Source: a virus (taxonomy: Duplodnaviria; Heunggongvirae; Uroviricota; Caudoviricetes). From it: a stretch of 30,616 nucleotides of DNA. The notes below the pieces were generated by a model. That model made no database searches, had not been told where the DNA came from, and saw only the letters and a list, made by a program, of their open reading frames with translations. Made by a program: the position numbers and the translations under genes. Of the stretch, positions 27,408-30,616 are shown one piece after another; the first letter of the stretch is position 1; each line of letters begins with the position of its first letter. The stretch covers positions 1 through 30,616 of the IMG/VR virus record IMGVR_UViG_2671180357_000001; one strand, written 5' to 3'.

Positions 27408-28376
27408 ATGAGTGAAGTAACAGATTTAGTTGTTATTGAAAAAGCAAATGCAATGACTGTATTTCAGTCTGCCGACCAGATTGAAGAAATCCTTCAAAGG
27501 GTTGAACGTGAAGTTATGTCCTTTGTGCCTGATATCACAACGGCAAAGGGCAGAAAGGAGATCGCTTCTCTGGCGTATAAAGTTGCGCAGACGAAAACAT
27601 ATCTCGATGGTCTTGGCAAAGACCTTGTTGCTGAACTGAAGGAAATTCCAAAGCTAATTGATGCCAACCGCAAGACAGTGCGCGATCGCCTTGATGAACT
27701 GAAAGCCAAGGCACGCCAGCCTCTTACTGATTATGAAGAGGAACAGGCGCGGATTAAAGCCGAAGAAGAAGCTAAGGCAGCAGCTGAAGCTCTCGCAAAG
27801 CAAATTGAGTCTGACCATGAAATAGCGATTTTGATGGATCGCGAATTTGACCGCCAAAGAGAAGAGGCAAGACTCAAAGCGGAGCAGGAAAAGCGAGAGC
27901 ATGAAGAACGCTTAAAAAGAGAAGCTGAAGAGAAAGCCAGAGCAGAAGCCGAAGCAAAGGCAAAAGCCGAAATTGAAGCAGCAGCAAGGCGAGAAGCAGA
28001 AGCTAAGGCCGCAGCGGAACGTGCAGAGCGTGAACGCATTGAAGCCGAGCAACGAGCACAGCGCGAAGCAAAAGAGGCAGCAGAACGAGCTGAAAGAGAA
28101 AAGCAGGCGGCAATTGAAGCAGAACGCCGAAAAGCACAGGAGGAGGCGGAACGAATCCGGCGCGAGGCTGAAGCAAAAGAGCAAGCCAGAATAGCAGAAG
28201 AAAAAAGAATCAAGGACGAAGAAGAGCGCAGAGCAAAGGATAAAGCTCACCGGAAAGAAGTAAATAACAAAATACTTGCTGACCTTATCAAGGTTGGCGC
28301 ATCAGAAGATGTTGCTAAAAATATCATAACAGCCATCGCAAAAGGCGAAGTATTCGCAACAAAAATAACCTACTAA
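27408..28376 (+). CDS. Hypothetical coiled-coil protein with long Glu/Ala/Lys/Arg-rich central repeat region (322 aa)
   Basis: ORF 27354..28376 trimmed to Met19 (GGAGGA RBS); about 110-aa N-terminal region, about 170 aa of EAKAEAEARRE-type low complexity, short C-terminal region. Confidence 0.6.
   Translation: MSEVTDLVVIEKANAMTVFQSADQIEEILQRVEREVMSFVPDITTAKGRKEIASLAYKVAQTKTYLDGLGKDLVAELKEIPKLIDANRKTVRDRLDELKAKARQPLTDYEEEQARIKAEEEAKAAAEALAKQIESDHEIAILMDREFDRQREEARLKAEQEKREHEERLKREAEEKARAEAEAKAKAEIEAAARREAEAKAAAERAERERIEAEQRAQREAKEAAERAEREKQAAIEAERRKAQEEAERIRREAEAKEQARIAEEKRIKDEEERRAKDKAHRKEVNNKILADLIKVGASEDVAKNIITAIAKGEVFATKITY
27760..28280. repeat. Low-complexity GAA/GCA/AAA/CGN-rich coding repeat encoding the EAKR tract
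   Basis: Imperfect short repeats visible in the nucleotide sequence; they generate spurious antisense ORFs 27731..28213 and 27912..28250. Confidence 0.6.
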
Positions 28377-28400
28377 TAAAACCAACATAAGGAACCACCC

Positions 28401-28532
28401 ATGATTTACGCAATCGCGGGAGGCGCTCGCATGGGTGCCTTCCAACTAAATGAATCTTTACTTGAACGAATCACCCGTAAATTACGTGACGGATGGAAAA
28501 GAGCTGAGGTCTTATTATGCGCAATGAAATAG
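28401..28532 (+). CDS. cIII: CIII-like protein (FtsH-inhibitor family)
   Basis: 43-aa ORF absent from the track: MIYAIAGGARMGAFQLNESLLERITRKLRDGWKR..., central helix matches recalled lambda CIII; AAGGAA RBS. Confidence 0.7.
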   Translation: MIYAIAGGARMGAFQLNESLLERITRKLRDGWKRAEVLLCAMK

Positions 28533-28669
28533 CCATCAATCACCAGATGCTTCGTGCTGCACAGAACAAAGCAGTAATAGCCAGATTTATTGGTGATTCA
28601 AAAATGTGGCTTGAAGCAAATAAAGCGATGAAATCAGCTATCAACATTCCGTGGTATCGCAGGAAATGA
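28517..28669 (+). CDS. kil: Kil-like protein (candidate host cell-division inhibitor)
   Basis: 50-aa ORF overlapping the cIII end: MRNEIAINHQMLRAAQNKAVIARFIGDSKMW... resembles recalled lambda Kil. Confidence 0.6.
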   Translation: MRNEIAINHQMLRAAQNKAVIARFIGDSKMWLEANKAMKSAINIPWYRRK

Positions 28670-28824
28670 GTTTTACAGATAGCTGGTCAGACGAAGAATT
28701 CATTCGTCAGATGAAAGAATTAATCGGTAACGAAGGAGATATTCATGTCACTTGCAACCACAGTGAAGGAGAGCAAGTTACAGAGACGCATGTACACGCA
28801 GAAAGCTCTCTGGTATCGCCATAA
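28666..28824 (+). CDS. Small acidic hypothetical protein (52 aa)
   Basis: ATGA overlap with the kil stop; MSFTDSWSDEEFIRQMKELIGNEGDIHVTCNHSEGEQ...; overlaps the next ORF, so one of the two may be spurious. Confidence 0.3.
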   Translation: MSFTDSWSDEEFIRQMKELIGNEGDIHVTCNHSEGEQVTETHVHAESSLVSP

Positions 28825-28915
28825 TGGCGACCGCGAAGGAATGCGGGTATGCCTTAATTTGTCACGAGTCGAAGTATTAAATCAGCGTTATTTCCTTGGG
28901 CTATGTCCATTCTGA
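28745..28915 (+). CDS. Small basic hypothetical protein (56 aa) immediately upstream of the recombinase
   Basis: AAGGAG 6 nt before the ATG; MSLATTVKESKLQRRMYTQKALWYRHNGDREGMRVCLNLSRVEVLNQRYFLGLCPF. Confidence 0.4.
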   Translation: MSLATTVKESKLQRRMYTQKALWYRHNGDREGMRVCLNLSRVEVLNQRYFLGLCPF

Positions 28916-28923
28916 GGTGAATT

Positions 28924-29631
28924 ATGGATTTGAACAAATTCGATGAGCCATTCAGCCCTGAAGATATCGAATGGCGAATACAGCAAAGCGGTAAAACACG
29001 CGATGGCAAGGTGTGGGCTATGGTGCTGGCTTATGTCACGAACAGGGCAATCATGAAACGCCTGGACGATGTTTGCGGCAAAGCAGGATGGCGCAATGAA
29101 TACCGCGATATTCCCAACAACGGAGGCGTTGAATGCGGCATATCAATCAGGATTGATTCCGAATGGGTAACCAAATGGGATGCTGCTGAAAACACGCAGG
29201 TAGAAGCCGTAAAAGGTGGTCGTTCCGGTGCAATGAAGCGCGCTGCCGTTCAGTGGGGAATCGGTCGGTATCTGTATAACCTTGAGGAAGGTTTCGCACA
29301 AACATCTCTCGACAAAAAGCAGGGATGGCACAGGGCAAAACTCAAGGATGGAACAGGATTTTACTGGCTCCCTCCATCGCTGCCGGGCTGGGCAATCCCA
29401 GCATCAGATAACAAACCATCACCAGAAAATACCAACCAGAAATCTCCATCGGTTGACTGCGAACAAATCCTGAAAGACTTCAGCGATTATGCGTCAACAG
29501 AAACTGATAAGAAAAAACTCATCGAGCGTTATCAGCGTGACTGGCAATTAATGGCTGGCAACGAGGAGGCGCAGGCTAAATGCGTTCAGGTAATGAACAT
29601 CAGAGTTAACGAACTAAAACAGGCGGCATAA
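28924..29631 (+). CDS. Single-strand annealing recombinase, Rad52/Sak-type core with Erf-like C-terminal tail
   Basis: Rad52-family signature (KRAAVQWGIGRYLYNLEE); C-terminal about 60 aa (TETDKKKLIERYQRDWQL...KCVQVMNIRVNELKQAA) resembles the recalled P22 Erf C-terminus. Confidence 0.8.
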   Translation: MDLNKFDEPFSPEDIEWRIQQSGKTRDGKVWAMVLAYVTNRAIMKRLDDVCGKAGWRNEYRDIPNNGGVECGISIRIDSEWVTKWDAAENTQVEAVKGGRSGAMKRAAVQWGIGRYLYNLEEGFAQTSLDKKQGWHRAKLKDGTGFYWLPPSLPGWAIPASDNKPSPENTNQKSPSVDCEQILKDFSDYASTETDKKKLIERYQRDWQLMAGNEEAQAKCVQVMNIRVNELKQAA

Positions 29632-30147
29632 ATGGCAAGCAGAGGCGTAAATAAGGTGATCATTATTGGTCGCCTTGGGCATGATCCAGAAATCAGATAT
29701 TCACCATCAGGAACGGCATTTGCAAACCTTACAGTTGCTACGTCAGAGCAATGGCGTGATAAGCAAACTGGAGAGCAAAAGGAGCAGACGGAGTGGCACC
29801 GCGTGGTAATGAGCGGGAAACTGGCAGAAATTGCCAGCGAATATCTGCGAAAAGGCTCTGAGGTTTATCTTGAAGGCAAATTGCGGACAAGAAAATGGCA
29901 GGATCAAAGCGGACAGGATCGGTTCACTACCGAAGTTATCGTAGGAGTTGGTGGAACCATGCAAATGCTTGGTGGCAAGCAAGGAGGCAATGAACAGTCT
30001 TCACCTCAGCGAAATAACGGTAAGCAACAAAAACAGCAATCTCAGCAGCAGGGGAATCACAGCGAACCACCTATGGATTTTGACGACGATATACCCTTTG
30101 CACCAGTAACTCTCCCCTTCCCTCGTCACGCTATTCACGCAATTTAA
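29632..30147 (+). CDS. ssb: Single-stranded DNA-binding protein
   Basis: OB-fold N-terminus ([23 protein letters not shown]...), Gly/Gln-rich linker and acidic C-terminal tail DFDDDIPF; start overlaps the recombinase stop. Confidence 0.9.
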   Translation: MASRGVNKVIIIGRLGHDPEIRYSPSGTAFANLTVATSEQWRDKQTGEQKEQTEWHRVVMSGKLAEIASEYLRKGSEVYLEGKLRTRKWQDQSGQDRFTTEVIVGVGGTMQMLGGKQGGNEQSSPQRNNGKQQKQQSQQQGNHSEPPMDFDDDIPFAPVTLPFPRHAIHAI

Positions 30148-30160
30148 TCAGGAGAAAATC

Positions 30161-30457
30161 ATGCCAGCGCCTCTGTATGGTGCGGATGACGCGCGCCGCT
30201 GTTCCGGCAATTCCGTATCGGAGGTGCTGGATAAATTCAGGAAAAACTACGACCGGATAATGTCTCTACCGCAGGAAACGAAAGAGGAAAAGGAATTTCG
30301 CCATTGTATATGGCTTGCAGAGAAAGAAGAACGCGAGCGAATTTACCAGACATCAATCCGACCATTCCGCAAAGCCACATATACCCACTTCCCTGAATAT
30401 ATCGACCCGCGCCTGCGTAATTACCGCTCACGCTATGGCGCTATCAGTAATGACTGA
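30161..30457 (+). CDS. Hypothetical protein (98 aa)
   Basis: ORF with GGAGAAAA RBS directly after ssb; no family recognised. Confidence 0.5.
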   Translation: MPAPLYGADDARRCSGNSVSEVLDKFRKNYDRIMSLPQETKEEKEFRHCIWLAEKEERERIYQTSIRPFRKATYTHFPEYIDPRLRNYRSRYGAISND

Positions 30458-30467
30458 GGAATTTACC

Positions 30468-30616
30468 ATGAGAGGACTTGCATACAATCCCGGCATTCTT
30501 CCGGCAGAAATGATTATTCGCCAACGCGTAAAGCCAATGCCATCGAGAGAGGAATTGCTTAAGAGAAATAGTTTCGGTTCTGTTAATGACAACAAATATC
30601 TGAATGCGATGTGGCG
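30468..30616 (+). CDS. Hypothetical protein, 5' part only (runs off window end)
   Basis: ATG at 30468 with GAGGAA upstream; [39 protein letters not shown]..., open to the window edge. Confidence 0.4.
   Translation, partial: MRGLAYNPGILPAEMIIRQRVKPMPSREELLKRNSFGSVNDNKYLNAMW

Larger units (their letters stand above)
1..30616. mobile_element. P22-like lambdoid prophage/phage genome segment (immunity, replication, nin, lysis and virion modules); integrase and att sites not in window
   Basis: Gene order and protein similarities across the whole window match the P22/lambda modular layout; mosaic of lambda-like and P22-like modules. Confidence 0.85.

Noticed and set aside
27313-27411. 32-codon plus-strand ORF spanning the terminator upstream of the EAKR gene
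   Set aside because: Poor RBS spacing and it is occupied by a terminator hairpin; most likely noncoding.
27731-28250. Minus-strand ORFs 27731..28213 and 27912..28250 (Ser/Ala/Cys/Phe-rich)
   Set aside because: Artefacts of the GAA/GCA repeat tract encoding the EAKR protein on the plus strand; low-complexity translations.
1-30616. CRISPR array, integrase/att sites, IS elements
   Set aside because: No direct-repeat/spacer arrays, no tyrosine or serine recombinase ORF, and no IS-type terminal inverted repeats with a transposase were seen; the prophage ends are presumably outside the window.

Overview
This window is a near-complete core of a P22-like lambdoid prophage or phage genome, with no integrase or attachment site inside it. 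The minus strand carries, from high to low coordinate: the cro/cII immunity-right genes, an O-type initiator with internal origin iterons, a fused primase-helicase, a nin region (NinB/E/F/H, RusA, DUF1364, a KilAC antirepressor), Q, the lysis cassette (holin, lysozyme, Rz with nested Rz1), rha, then the P22-type virion module (small and large terminase, portal, scaffold, coat, gp4/gp10/gp26/gp14/gp7/gp20/gp16) and the start of the tailspike gene running off the left edge. An Mnt-like repressor sits alone next to the tailspike. The plus strand carries the cI repressor (lambda-like C-terminal domain, different DNA-binding domain), pL with nutL, a P22-type N, ral, cIII, kil, a Rad52/Sak-type recombinase and SSB, plus several small unassigned ORFs. 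All homology calls rest on recalled protein sequences and reading of the supplied ORF translations; no database search was run. I did not find a recognisable defence or other multi-gene system that I can name with confidence. The best candidates for undescribed function are an EAKR-repeat coiled-coil protein and a cluster of small ORFs in the early-left operon, three unassigned ORFs in the nin region, and a 353-bp structured noncoding spacer between rha and the head genes. Coordinates of ORF-track features are anchored to the track; short non-ORF features were counted by hand and may be off by 1-2 bp.
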